A stretch of 64,000 nucleotides of DNA from positions 170,378,001-170,442,000 of the forward strand of contig NC_086097.1 in the NCBI RefSeq assembly GCF_963921235.1. The letters are read 5' to 3'. Positions 35,035 to 47,272 of the stretch are shown piece by piece. The stretch's first letter is position 1. Each line of letters opens with the position of its first letter. The DNA comes from Mobula hypostoma. Its lineage: Eukaryota. The translations under genes were made by a program, and so were the position numbers. Under the pieces are notes generated by a model, which saw nothing but the letters and a program-made list of their open reading frames with translations, ran no database searches and had not been told where the DNA came from.

Positions 35035-37060
35035 CAATCCCAAGCTTCAAGATGTATTCCAAAAACAAAGAAATACTCAAATGGCAAAATAGTACAACCA
35101 TGGCTAACAAGGGAGGTCAAAGTTAATGTAAAAGCAAAAGAGAGGGCATACAGCAAAGCAAAAATTAGCACAAAGATAGAGGACTGGGAAGCCTTTAAAA
35201 CCCTACAGAGAGCACCTAAAAGAATCATTAGGGGAAGGAAAAGGTGAAATATGAAAGCAAGCTAGCAAACAATATCAAAGTGGATAATAAAAGCTTTTTC
35301 AAGTATGTACAAAATAAAAGAGATGAGAATGGATATAAGACCGCCAGAAAATGAGGCCAGAGAAATGACAACGGTGGACAAAGAGATGACAGATGAACTA
35401 AATGAGTATTTTGCGTCAGTCTGCACTGTGGAAGACATCAGCAGTGCGCCAGATGTTGGAGGGTGTGAGGGAAGAGAAGTGAGTGCAGTTACTATGACAA
35501 GGGAGAAGGTGCTCAAAATACTGAAAGACCTCAGGGTATATAAGTTACCCAGACCAGATGAACTGCACCCTAGGGTTCTGAAAAAGGTAGCAGTAGAGAT
35601 TGTGGCAGGATTAGCAATGACCTTTCGAAATCATTGGGCTCTGGCACTCAAAATTGCAAGTGTCACTCCACTCTTTAAGAAAGGAGAAAGGCAGCAGAAA
35701 GGAAATTATAGACCAGTTAGCCTGATCTCAGTGGTTGGGAAGATGTTGGAATCAATTGTTAAGGATGAGGTTACGGAGTACTTGGTGACGCAGGACAAGA
35801 TAGGACAAGGTCAGCATGATTCCCTGAAGGGAAAATCTTGCCTGACAAACCTGTTGGAATTCTTTGAGGAGGTTACACATAGGGTAGATAAAGGGACTTT
35901 CAGAAGGACTATGACAAGGTACCACACATGAGGCTGCTTACCAATTTAAGAGCCCATGGTACTACAGGAAAGTTACTGGCATGGTTAGAGCATTGGCTGG
36001 TTGGTAGGAGGCAGCGAGTGGGAATTAAAGGATCCTTTTCTGATTGGCTGCAGTTGACTAGTGGTATTCCGTAGGGGTCGGTGTTGGGACTACTTCATTT
36101 TTATGCTGTATATTAATGATTTAGATGATGGAATAGATAGCTTTGTTGCCACGTTTGCAGTTGATATGAAGATTGGTGAAGAGGCAGTTAGTGCTGAGGA
36201 AACAGGTAGGCTGCAGAAGGACTTAAACAGATAAGGAAAATGGGCAAGAGGGTGGCAAGTGAAATACAATGTTGGAAAATGCATGGCATTATACATTGGT
36301 AGTAGAAATAAATGTGCAGTCTATTTTCTAAATGGGGGGATAATCCAAAAATCTGAGATGCAAAGGGACTTTAGAGTCCTGTGCAGAACACCATAAAGGT
36401 TGACTTGCAGGTAGAGTTGGTGGTGAGGAAGGCAAATGCAATGTTAGCATTCATTTCAAGAGGTCTAGAATACAATAGCAGGAATGTGACGCTAAGGCTT
36501 TACAAGGAGCTGGTGAGGCCTCACCCTGAGTATTGTGAACAGTTTTGGGCCCCTCATCTAAGAAAAGATGTGCTGGCATTGGAGTGGGTCCAGAGGAGGT
36601 TCACAAGGATGATTCCAAGAATGAAAGGGGAACGCTCGATGGCTCTGGATCTGTAATGATTGGAATTTAGGGGATCTCATTGGAACCTTTGAAATATTGA
36701 AAGGCTTATTCAGCGTGGATGTGGAAAGGAAGTTTTCCATGGTGGGGGAGTCTAGGACAAGAGGGCACAGCCTCAGGATAGAGGGGTTTCATTTAAAACA
36801 GAGCTGCGGAGAAATTTCTTTAGCCAGAGTGTGTTGAATTTGTGAAATTTGTTACCACAGGTAGCTGTGGAGGCCAGGTTGTTGTGTGTATTTAAGGCAG
36901 AGTTTGATAGGTTCTTGATTGAACACAGCATCAAAAGTTATGGGGAGAAGGCTGGGGACTGGGGCTGAGGAGGGGAAAAAAGGATCAGCTATGATTGAAT
37001 GGTGAAGCATGCTCGTTGGGCCAAATGACCTAATTCTGCTCTTATGTCTTATGGTGGTAT
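35035..37060 (+). mobile_element. CR1 LINE ORF2 (post-APE to 3' UTR)
   Basis: PLFKKGERQQKGNYRPVSLISVVGKMLE, GKSCLTNLLEFF, LYKELVRPHPEYCEQFW; CR1 3' end. Confidence 0.93.
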
Positions 37061-38099
37061 GATCTTCAGTCTCCACTTTCAGTCTCTACAGACTTTACTT
37101 GGCTCCATTTGCCTTTTCTATCTCCTTCTACCTATTACTCACCTATCTTTGTCTCTCAACTCTATTACTTCCCCCTCCTACCTCCATCTTCCTATCATCA
37201 GTCCACCTATCACCCACTGGGCCCTGTCGCACCTTTCCCACACTCCTCACTATACAGGCTATCTTCCTTTCCCATTCTAAATTCCGATGTTAAGTCAAGA
37301 CCCAGCGGGGATTAAAATTTCTCTTCCCCCACAGATACTGCTCAGTCTCCTGACCTCCTCCAAGCAGATTGTTTGTTGCTTCAGGGTGGGTGAGGAGGCT
37401 TTAAAGAGCTACTTGAATGTGGGAAGAGATACAGAAGAGTGGAAGAATCTGCGGTAGTTTTTGGGACTTGTTGATAAATAGCTAGCAAAATCTTAAAGAC
37501 AAGTGTATAAGTTTTAAGTTCAAAGCATTGATAGATCAGCCAGTCTAAGTAAGGGAGCACAGAGGAGAAGGGGTGATGGTAGTCAGGATATAGCCAGCTG
37601 AACTCTGCATGAGTGTTTTATAGTGGGTGGAAGATATAAGGAGTTTGTTACAGCCTGTTGATTCTTGACTTTTTCCAGTGGCTATCTTTTTCACTAGCTT
37701 GGGTTAAAATTCTATCCTGCCCTATGTCCATGGGAAAGTTTACTAACCATTTGGGCTCCAATTATCAATCACTGATAAAATTTACCCCGGGGCATAATGG
37801 AAGATTAAGTTTAGTTACTGATTGTTGGAAGGGGTGAATATTACCTTAAATGATGGCATTATTACAATGCTCCACTAAATTGGTTGTCTCAGCAACAATT
37901 ACTTTGATGTTGCTCCCTATTTAATAGATGCATCAATCACAAATCATTGTGAGTTTTAATCACTTTCAGACTTGGTAAAAAAACACAGGAGAAAGCTATG
38001 GGCATTTCCCAGCAAGTTAAAAGTTCATCTCTTTCTCTGACCCCCTACAGTATCAATAAAATTGGTATTATTACTGGTTTATTATTCTCACATATACCA

Positions 38100-38790
38100 A
38101 ATTGATCACCACAATCTGGACCCTGGGAGTCAATGTCTCTCTGCAACTGAATCCTTGACTTCCTGGCCAACAGACATTAGTCAGGAAAAATAACCATGAG
38201 CCCATCTACCATGATTATTTTAAACACTGGTGATCCATAAATTGTATTGTCAGTCCCTTATTTCAATCTCTGTACATTTGTGACTTCTTGGCCAGATTCT
38301 TCTCTAGTTCTATCTAAAAGCTGGCAAATGATGCCACAGTGGAGGACTATATCTCAAATAATGCTGAGTGAGAATTCAGGAAGGAGGTAGAGAGTAACAT
38401 GGTGTCATGACAGCAATCTTTCCCTCAGTGTCAGTAAAAGAGCTAGTCATTGACTTCAAGAGGGTTACTGCATAGGCTCTTGTCTATATCAATGGTTTTG
38501 AGGTTGAGCGTGTTGATAGCTTCAAGTTCCTAGGAGTGAAAATCAGCAATCGCCTATCCTGGTCCAACCATGTAGACACCTCAGTCAAGAAAGCTCACCA
38601 ACACCTCTAATTTCCTCAGAAGGCCTAAGAAATTCGACATGTCTCCATCGACTATCCATACATTGTTCCATTCATTGTGTTAGTGATTAACCTTGTTCTA
38701 CTTCAATGCACTGTATTGTTCTGCAGCAGCAGTAGGCAAGACAAGACTTCAACTGTATCAAGATGCACGTGAAAATAATAAACAAACTCC
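38100..38790 (+). mobile_element. Decayed Rex1/Babar-like RT to 3' fragment
   Basis: SLCN*ILDFL, SFKFLGV and KKAHQHL remnants. Confidence 0.7.
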
Positions 38791-38799
38791 AATTCCAGC

Positions 38800-39345
38800 A
38801 TAGGGTGCCATAATAACATAGCACTTAATGAGATGCTATTACAGTTTGGGGTTTTGGAGTTCAGCTCCAATGTTCTCTGTAGGGAGTCTCTGTACGTCCT
38901 CCCAGTGGAATACATGCATTTTCGCTGGGTGCTCTGCTTTCCTCCCACAGTCCAAAGATGTACTGGGTAGGTTAGTTGGTCATTGTAAATGGTCCTGTGA
39001 TTAGGTTAGAGTTAAATCAGAGTTGTTAGGGGTTGCTGGGCAGTGTGGCATGAAAGGCACAAATTTCTTTAGTCAGAGGGTGGTGAATCTGTGGAATTCG
39101 TTGCTGCAGGCAGCCGTAGTGGCCAAGTCACTGGGTGCATTTAAAGTGGAGGTTGATAAATTCTTGATTAGTCAGGGTGTGAAAGATTACGGGGAGAAGG
39201 CAGGAGAATGGGGTTGAGAGGGAAATAGATGGTTCATGATGAAATGGCAGAAGGACTTGATGGGCTGAATGGCCTAACTCTGGTTCTATGTCATCTGGTC
39301 TTATGGAGCTATTCCACATTGTATCTCTAAATAAATAAATAAAAT
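38800..39345 (+). mobile_element. tRNA-derived V-SINE-like element, with a CR1 3' fragment inserted at ~39058-39305
   Basis: V-domain-like GGGTGCTCTGCTTTCCTCCCACAGTCCAAAGA; tail TTCCACATTGTATCTC(TAAA)n resumes after the CR1 piece. Confidence 0.7.
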
Positions 39346-39800
39346 ATCACATCTAATTTAGAACGACCAATATGTCTTTGAGATATGAAAGACAAGCAGA
39401 GGAAACCCTCTGTAGTCTCAGGGATAACACGTGAGCTCCATACAGATAGCACTGGAGGTCAGTATTGAGCACAGTAATTGGGTTATTACTGTCACATTTG
39501 CCAAGATGCAGTGAAAAAATTGTTCTGCATTTCATCTGTACAGATCATTTCAAAACATATGGACATTGAGGTGGTACAAAGGGAAAAGCAATTACAAAAT
39601 GCAGAATATATCTTAGTTTATATTTTCTGTCGCAAAATGCAGGGCAGGCCAACAATAAAGTGTAAGGCCATAGTGAGGGCAAATATCCTTCTTTATCATT
39701 TCAGAGGTTCTTGAAGAATCTTATAACAGTGAGTTAGAAGCTGTCCTTGAACAAGGTGGCATGTGGTTTCAGGCTTTCATATTGTTTGCTCTATAGAAGT

Positions 39801-39966
39801 GGGAGAGAGAGAATGTCCGAAGTGGGAGAGAATGCATGTCCGAAAGGGGAGAGAGAACATCCAAAGGGAGAGAGAGAGAATGCCCGAAGGGGGAGAGGGA
39901 ATATCCGAGGGGGGAGAGGGGGAGAATGCTTGAGGGGGGAGGGAGGAAATGTCTGAAGGGGGAGGA
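39801..39966 (+). repeat. Purine-rich minisatellite (~20-24-bp unit, ~7 copies) within a minus-strand Rex-like 3' fragment
   Basis: Unit approximately GGGAGAGAGAATGTCCGAAG, with variants. Confidence 0.8.
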
Positions 39967-40289
39967 GTCATTGATACATTGGCTGCTTTCTCAAGGCAGT
40001 GGAAAGTGTAGATTCAATGGAGGCTGGATTCCATGATGGGCTGGGTTGCATTCCCAACTCCCTACAATTTCTTATGGTCTTGTGCAGAGCAATTGCCATA
40101 AGCCAGGATACTTTCTGTAGTGAAAGTTAGTGGGATATGTCAAATTTCCTTATCCTTCTCAGGAAGTTGAGACTTTGGTGTGCTTTTCTTGTCTGTAGCA
40201 TCAATACATTGGGACCAGGTCCAGCTATTGGTAATGTTGGTGCTGTGAGGTAGTAGCACTAAATACAGTGCCACTGTGCCACCACGACA

Positions 40290-40970
40290 GAAAAATAGAG
40301 GGGAGATAGCAGTATAAAGAGGTGGAGGGAAGGGAGGGAGCCAGAGCCAGCAGGTGATAGGTGGATCCATGTTGGGGGGGGCGGCGAGTGATAGGCAGAT
40401 AAGGGAGGAAAGAGAGTGGGAAAGATATCAGAAGGTGGGAGGTAATTGGTGAATGTGACAAAGGGCAGAAGATGATGAAATCTGATAGGTGAGGAAAGTG
40501 GAACATGGAACAAGGGGAAGGCGGTGGGCAGGGGAACCAGTGGAGGAGTGTGTGACAATGGGCAGATGGAGAGAGTGGGAGATGGGATAGATAGGGTGAT
40601 GGGGGGGCCAGTTGGATCAGAAGGAGAGAGAAAAGAACAAAGGGAAATAAAGGGATCGAGGGGAGCGGTTACTGAAGGTTTGAGAATTTGATGTTCATGT
40701 CACCAGGTTGTGGACCATCCAGCGAGAGTATGAAGTGCTCCTCCACTAATCTGCATTCAGCCTTTGCCTGGCAGTGAAGGAGGCAGAGGACAGACATGGG
40801 TAGTGGAATTAAAATGGTAAGCTGTACAGATCGTGGCTGGTGCAGTGGAAGGAGTGAAGGTCCTTGATGAAATAGGTTTCCAATCTGCGTCCAATCTCGC
40901 CAATATAGAGGAGGGCCCATAAGCATGGGAAGCAATAAATAACACTGAGGGATTCACATATGAAAGTGTT
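40290..40970 (-). mobile_element. Penelope-like GIY-YIG and 3' UTR fragment
   Basis: LLHCQAKAECRLVEEHFILSLDGPQPGDMNIKFSN; pyrimidine-rich UTR on the minus strand. Confidence 0.8.
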
Positions 40971-42689
40971 AACCCTGCTTCTCCTTCCTCAGCTGCTGTT
41001 CACCTGCTGAGTGTTCCCAGCATTTTCCACCCTTGTTTCAGGTTTATAGGATTCTGCAGCAAGTGAAAAGCTGACGCCTGAGGACGTACAGAATCAGACA
41101 GTGGAGACAATAAAACACGAAGCCACAGAAGCTGATGCCTGGTTTGTTTATCAAGAACCTGTGGAAAGCTGAAAGAAGGTGCTGTCGTGCTTTAGGCTCA
41201 CTGAGGGGGATATGATTGAGGGTTTTGCTGCTTCTTCTGCTAACTTTACACGGATTGAATTGTGTTTAAGTGATGGATTAGTGAAGTTAAATGTGAGGAA
41301 GAACTAAGCAAAAATTTTATTGACTTGCACACATAAGTATGTTCACATTGTTTAAATGAGAGCTTCTTAATTATCCAAGTGCTTTTAATGTCACACTAAA
41401 TTTCATTAGGTGATATACTGAAAAATAGGAAATTTCATTCCAATTGCTGTTCATTTGCTTTTAAATTAGATAATTTTGATGACTATTATTGAATTATTTA
41501 TAAAGGGCAATAAAAATGATGACGGATGGGAATAGGATACTTGGAACCCAACAGACTAATTGTGATCATGCTGTAATTGAGCTGAAAATTGTTGTCCAAG
41601 AGATTTCTAAAACCAGGTCAAATTCTTAAAGGGACTTGACTTAGCATAAAGCAATGACTGATCAAACCAAGTGAGCAATGCTGATGGCATTTGAAAACTT
41701 TAACACTGAACCTTCTCATTTGATTGAATCACCATCCACTCCCACTGAGCATCAGTTCCCTCCACTACCGGTATATCATAGTGCCAAAATATGGCAAGGC
41801 TGTTCTCCTTCTGAAGCTTATCACGTCGACAACTATGTTAAGCAAGTCTGTGGGGTGTCTGAACTGTTATCAGTTTCCCCACCAAGACTCACACCATTTT
41901 AGAAGCTATCTCACCATTTCATCATCATCATTGGGTTTGAGAGTTAGAACTGCAGACTTAGCAGGGCTGTAGGGCTTTCTTCACCATTGGATATAATGGT
42001 TCAAGAAGGCTGCTCACCACAATCCTTTGAAGGAGAATTAGGGATGTGCAATAAACACTGACCTTGATGGTGTGAAGTAGAAGGCAACAATAACTTTGTA
42101 ATTGGTTTAGAGTAGAGATGCCATACATTTTATTTAGTTCACCAAAACTGTCACATGCAGCAGGCATTGCTAAAGACAAGAGGCCCCAATGTGGCAAAGG
42201 TTAATGTGGTCAGCAGTGTGATTAAAGATGGCCACTATAGTGATCTTGAGCAACACGCACAAAATGCTGGAGGAACCCCGAAGGTCAGGCAGCATCTGTG
42301 GAGGGGAATAAAGTTTCAACCTTTCAGGTCAAATACATTTATCAAGAATGGAAAGGAAGGGGGCAGAAAGAATAATAAGTTTGGTGGTGGGAAGAGTGGC
42401 AGTACAAACTGGCAGGTGATAGGTGAGACCAGGTGAGGGGGGATGTCTTTTGTGTTATAGTCATGTGATAAGATGTACACCCATGCAACAGGATGTCACT
42501 TGATCATGTGTATAAAAGAAAGAGATTTTTTCATTGATAAAGGCAACTTATTTGAAATGAAGCTGGGAGTGTTGTCAAGGACCAAACTGGAGATGATGTG
42601 TATACATTTGCTATTACTAGAGCTTTAGAACAGTGGAAAGGATATAAGAACATTGTTTGATTTTCTCTTAAGAGCTATTTATTTCAGAA

Positions 42690-43432
42690 GAAGAGAATCA
42701 GGTTTATGGTCACTGACATCTGTCAGGATCCTTGTTGTCTTGTGGCTGCGGTACAGTTCAAAACATAAAGAAGTTACAGTAAGTTACAATAAAAAATACA
42801 TAAAAATAAATAGTGCAAAAACAGAGCAAAATAATGAAGTGGTGTTCATAGGTTCATTGTCCATTCAGAAATTTGATGGCAGAGAGGAAGAAGCTGTTAT
42901 TAGAACATAGACTGTGGGTCTTCAGTCTCCTGTACCTCCTCCCTGATGGTAGCAATGAGTAAAAGGAATACCTTGGATGAAGAAGGTCCTTAATGATGGA
43001 TGCTGCCTCTTTGAGGCATCATCTTTTTAACATGTTGTTGCTGGTGAGAAGTCTAGTGCCCATGATGCATGATGGAGCTGGCTAAGTCTACAGCCCTTTG
43101 CAGCTTGTCTTGATCTTGTGCATTGATGCAACCAATCAGGATGCTCTCCATGGTAGATTATTTTGACACACTGAAACTCCTCACACTCCTAATGAAATAT
43201 AGCCACTGGCATTTCCTGGATTGATTGAACAGGCTGTGCCCCTGACTGCACTTGTTCAAAATTCAGAATTCAAAGTTCGAAGTACATATACATTATGTCA
43301 CCATATACTATGCTGAGATTCATGTTTTGCAGGCATTCACAGTAGAACAAGGAAATACAATAATATAGTTGAAATACTACATGAAACAAAAATCAATATG
43401 TGAAAGAAGACAAACTGTGCAAATAAAAAACA

Positions 43433-43471
<39 letters not shown>

Positions 43472-44025
43472 ATACTGAGAACATGAATTCTTGAAAGTGA
43501 GTCCATAGGTTGTGGAATCAGTTCATTGTTGAGGTGAGCGAAGTTGGTCAGGGAGCCTGATCATTGAAGAATAATAACTGATCCTCAACTTGGTGCTGTG
43601 GCACCTAAGACTCCTTTACCACCTTCACTGCCTTCCTGATGACAGCAGCGAGAAGAGAGCATGGCCTAGATAGTGGGGGTCCTTGATGATGGATGCTGTT
43701 TTCCAACGACACCTCTCCTCATAGGTGTCATCTGTGGTGTGGAGGATTTTTCCTGTGAGGGACTGGGCTGTATCCAACACTTCCTGTAGGCTTTTCCATT
43801 CTTGGGCATTAGTGTTTTCATACCAGATCATTATGCAACCACTCAGGATACTCTCCGCTGTGAATCTATAGAAGTTTATTAAAGTTTTAGATGAAATGCT
43901 GAATCTGTGCAAACTTGTAGGAAAGGTGAGTCACTATTGTGCCTTCTTCATAAAAGTACGTACATGGTGCTGCCAAGACAAATCTTCTGAAATGATAATG
44001 ATAAGGAATTTAAAGTTGCTGACCC
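42690..44025 (-). mobile_element. Two Rex1/Babar-like 3' fragments (42690-43200; 43260-44025)
   Basis: NFYRFTAESILSGCI...SIIKDPHYLGHALFSLL; (TAA)n in UTR at ~43435-43470. Confidence 0.8.
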
Positions 44026-45389
44026 TGTGGCTGAGTCATGTGAAGACCAAATGATGACTTTTATATTTGCTTTTGTAAGGAACAGCAAGATGAGACTGGA
44101 GACCCTGTTCTTGTTATTAACTATGTAATAAAACATATTTTTAAACACATTGATTGGATAAAAGCTGCACTGTAATAAATCATCATCTTTGCAACATGCC
44201 CTGATCCCATGAAGGGATAAACTAAAACAATTGTACATGTTAATGGCGTATGAAGAAATGGGGGTTTTTATTGGACAATATTTATACTTCTGACATCACT
44301 AATGAATGTTTTCTGTTTTGTTTTGGGAGCCTGCTGTATACAAAGTGGCTTATGTATTTTCTACACTGCAACATTGACAATGAGACATTTGGAAACATCC
44401 TAAAAGAAATGCAAATTTTCTTTCTCTATGAACAAGGTTTATCTCCTGTGTGATTTGTCCTTATTAACAGGTAAGAGATTTTGAGATTCCAATGTGGCAG
44501 ATGCAAGTCTCAGGCAGAAAGTTACAGGTATTTTGTTTCTTTTTCCTCTAAATGATGGCATTTGCTTTGTGATCAATTGTCAATGATTTTCCTGAGTCAC
44601 TAAATCAGTTTATGACAGTGAAGGAGTTCTCATACTAGGCTCAAGAACAGTCCTTCCCCACTGCTATCAGACTCCTGAACCAATCACCTCTTCCCAGTGG
44701 TGCTGGCACATTTTTAATATTTAATTCAAACTTTTTTGTTGTTGTCACTACCATACTTTGCAACATTCTGTTGTTTTTGCACTCGCACTGCATTTTCTGT
44801 ATTTATTATAAAGTAGTTTATTATTGTCACATGCATTGAAGTATATTGCAAAACTTGCAGACTGTTCACACAATTCAATTGTCTGTTATTTTCTGTGTTG
44901 TTCTGCTGAACATTGTGGGCATGCTAAGTTAGTGCTGGAATGTGTGGCGACACTTGTGGGCTGCCACTGGCACAGCCTCAGGCGTGATGGCCATTTACGC
45001 CAATGGCAGCAGTATGAAAGTCTATGGCTCGGGTGCAGGTCGATGTGAATAGGCTGTTTAAATGGTTCAGCATGGACAAGATGAGCTGAAGGATCTGTTT
45101 CTGTGTTGTACTTTTCTGGATGAGTCTATGACACATTTCACAATAAGTTTTGATGTACATGTGATAAATAAATCTGAATATCGATCTGAAACTAAATCTG
45201 AGTGCGGCCTGTTAGTTGGAAAGTCAAAAATCCAGTTGCAGAGGGGGGCATTGACTCCCAAGTCTTGGAGCCTGGTTGGGAATTTTGATGAGTTTGTTTG
45301 GAATTATGGTATTAAAGGTGGAGTTATAATCAATAATCGATAGTCCAACAGTGGTTTTGGGAAATGCATTGTTTTACATCAACAACTAA

Positions 45390-45640
45390 TGCCATAGGAG
45401 GATTCTGCTGGGGCAAATGTTGCCACACTTCAAGTGACAACATAGCATGATCACAACTTACGAATCCTAATCTGAACCATCCATCTTTGGAATGTGGGAG
45501 GAAACTGGAGCACGAGGAGGAAACCCATGCTGCCACAGGAAGAATGTAAAATCTCCTCACAGACAGTGACAGGAATTGAGCCCCAGTCGATGATCGCTAG
45601 CACTGCAGAGTGATTGCACTAATCACTACGCCACTGTGCC
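45390..45640 (-). mobile_element. V-SINE-like tRNA-derived SINE
   Basis: Minus strand: A box-like TGGCGTAGTGA, B box-like GGCTCAATTCC, V domain GGGTTTCCTCCTCGTGCTCCAGTTTCCTCCCACATTCCAAAGA. Confidence 0.75.
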
Positions 45641-45995
45641 AAGAGTTGAGAATCAGAGGTCATAGGTTTAGGGCGAAAGGTGAAATATTTAAGGGGAATC
45701 TCAGAGGGAACGTCTTTACTCAGAGGGTGGAATGAGCTGCTAGTGGACTTGGTAGAGGTGGGTTCAATTCAATCAAGTAGTTTGGATAGATCAAGTACAT
45801 GGATGAGAGAGGTGTAGAACATAAAACATAAAACAGAAGAGTGCAACATTGTGCAGGGCCTTTGCCCCACAACATTGTACAGACCTTTTAATTTATTCCA
45901 ACATCAATCTACCACTTTCCTCCCTCATAGGCCTCCATTTTTCTGCCATCCTAGTGCCTACATTAAATGTCCCTAAGCTAACTGCCTCTACCATT

Positions 45996-47272
45996 ACCCT
46001 GAGATTCATTTTCTTGTGGGCATTCACAATAAACACAAATAAACACCATAGAATTAATAAAAAGACGCACACAAAATGACAGATAAATAATCAGTGTGCA
46101 AAAGACAACAAACTGTGCAAATGTAAAAAATAATAATAATAAATAAATAAGCAATAAATACCAAGGACATGAGATGAAAAGTCCTTGAAAATGAGTCCAT
46201 GGCTTGTAGGAACAGTTCATTGTTGAGGTGAGTAAAGCTGAGTGAAATTATTCCCTCTGGTTCAAGTGCCTGATGGTTGAGGGTAATAACTGTTCCTGAA
46301 CCTGGAGATGTGGGTCCTGAGGTTCCTGTATCATCTTCCTGATGGCATCAGCAAGAAGAGAACATGGCCTTGATAGTGAGGGTCCTCGATAATGGATGCT
46401 GCTTTCCTTGACACCACTCTTTGTAGCCGTGCTCAATGGTGGGCGGGCTTTAGCCATGATGGACTGGGCTAGATCAACCACTTTTTGTAGGCTTTTCCAT
46501 TCAAGGGCATTGGTATTCCCATGCCAGGCCATGATGCAACCAGACAATATCTCCCCACTGCACATTTATAGAAGTTTGACAAAGTTTTAGATGACATGCC
46601 AGATCTTTGCAAACTTCTAAGAGAGTGGCTGTGTGCTTTCTTTGTAATGGAAGTTATATGCTGGACCCTGGACAGATCCTCTGAAATGATAGTGCCAAGG
46701 AATTTAAAGTTGTTGGTCCTCTCCTTCTCTGATCTGCTGACGCAGACTGGCTTATGGACCTCTGGTTTCCTCCTCCTGAAGTCAATAATCATCTCCTTAG
46801 TCCTGCTGACATTGAGTGAGAATTTGTTGTTGTGGCACCACTCAGTCAGATTTTCAATCTCTCTCATGTCATTACCTTTGATTCGGCCAACGACAGTGGT
46901 GTTGTCAGCAAACTGATATATGTCTTTAGTGTTGTGCTTACCCTCACAGTCATAAGTATAAAGCGAGTAGAGCATGGGGCTAAGCCTTATGTGCTGATGG
47001 TGATTATGGAGGAGATGTTGCTGCCAATCCAATCTGACTGGGGTCTGCAAGTGAGAAAATTGAGGATCCAGTTGCACAGTGAGGTATTGAGGTCTAGGTT
47101 TTTGAACTTATTGATTAGTTTTGAGTAGATTATAGTACTGAATGCAGAGCTGTAGTCAATAAAGAGCACCCTGATGTATGCATCTTCACTGCTCAGATAT
47201 TCCATGCTTGAGTGAAGAGGCAATGAACTGGCATCTGTTGTTGACCTATTGTGATGGTAGGCAAATGGACCA
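45996..47272 (-). mobile_element. Rex1/Babar-like LINE 3' part (RT to UTR)
   Basis: FAYHHNRST, VLFIDYSSAFSTI, LSPMLYSLYT, FADNTT, FKFLG. Confidence 0.88.

Noticed and set aside
39801..39966. CRISPR-like array
   Set aside because: No unique spacers, no cas genes, eukaryotic context; a degenerate minisatellite.
41050..41172. Exon-like frame DSAASEKLTPEDVQNQTVETIKHEATEADAWFVYQEPVES*
   Set aside because: The apparent acceptor derives from a Penelope tail; no recognisable protein and no partner exons.
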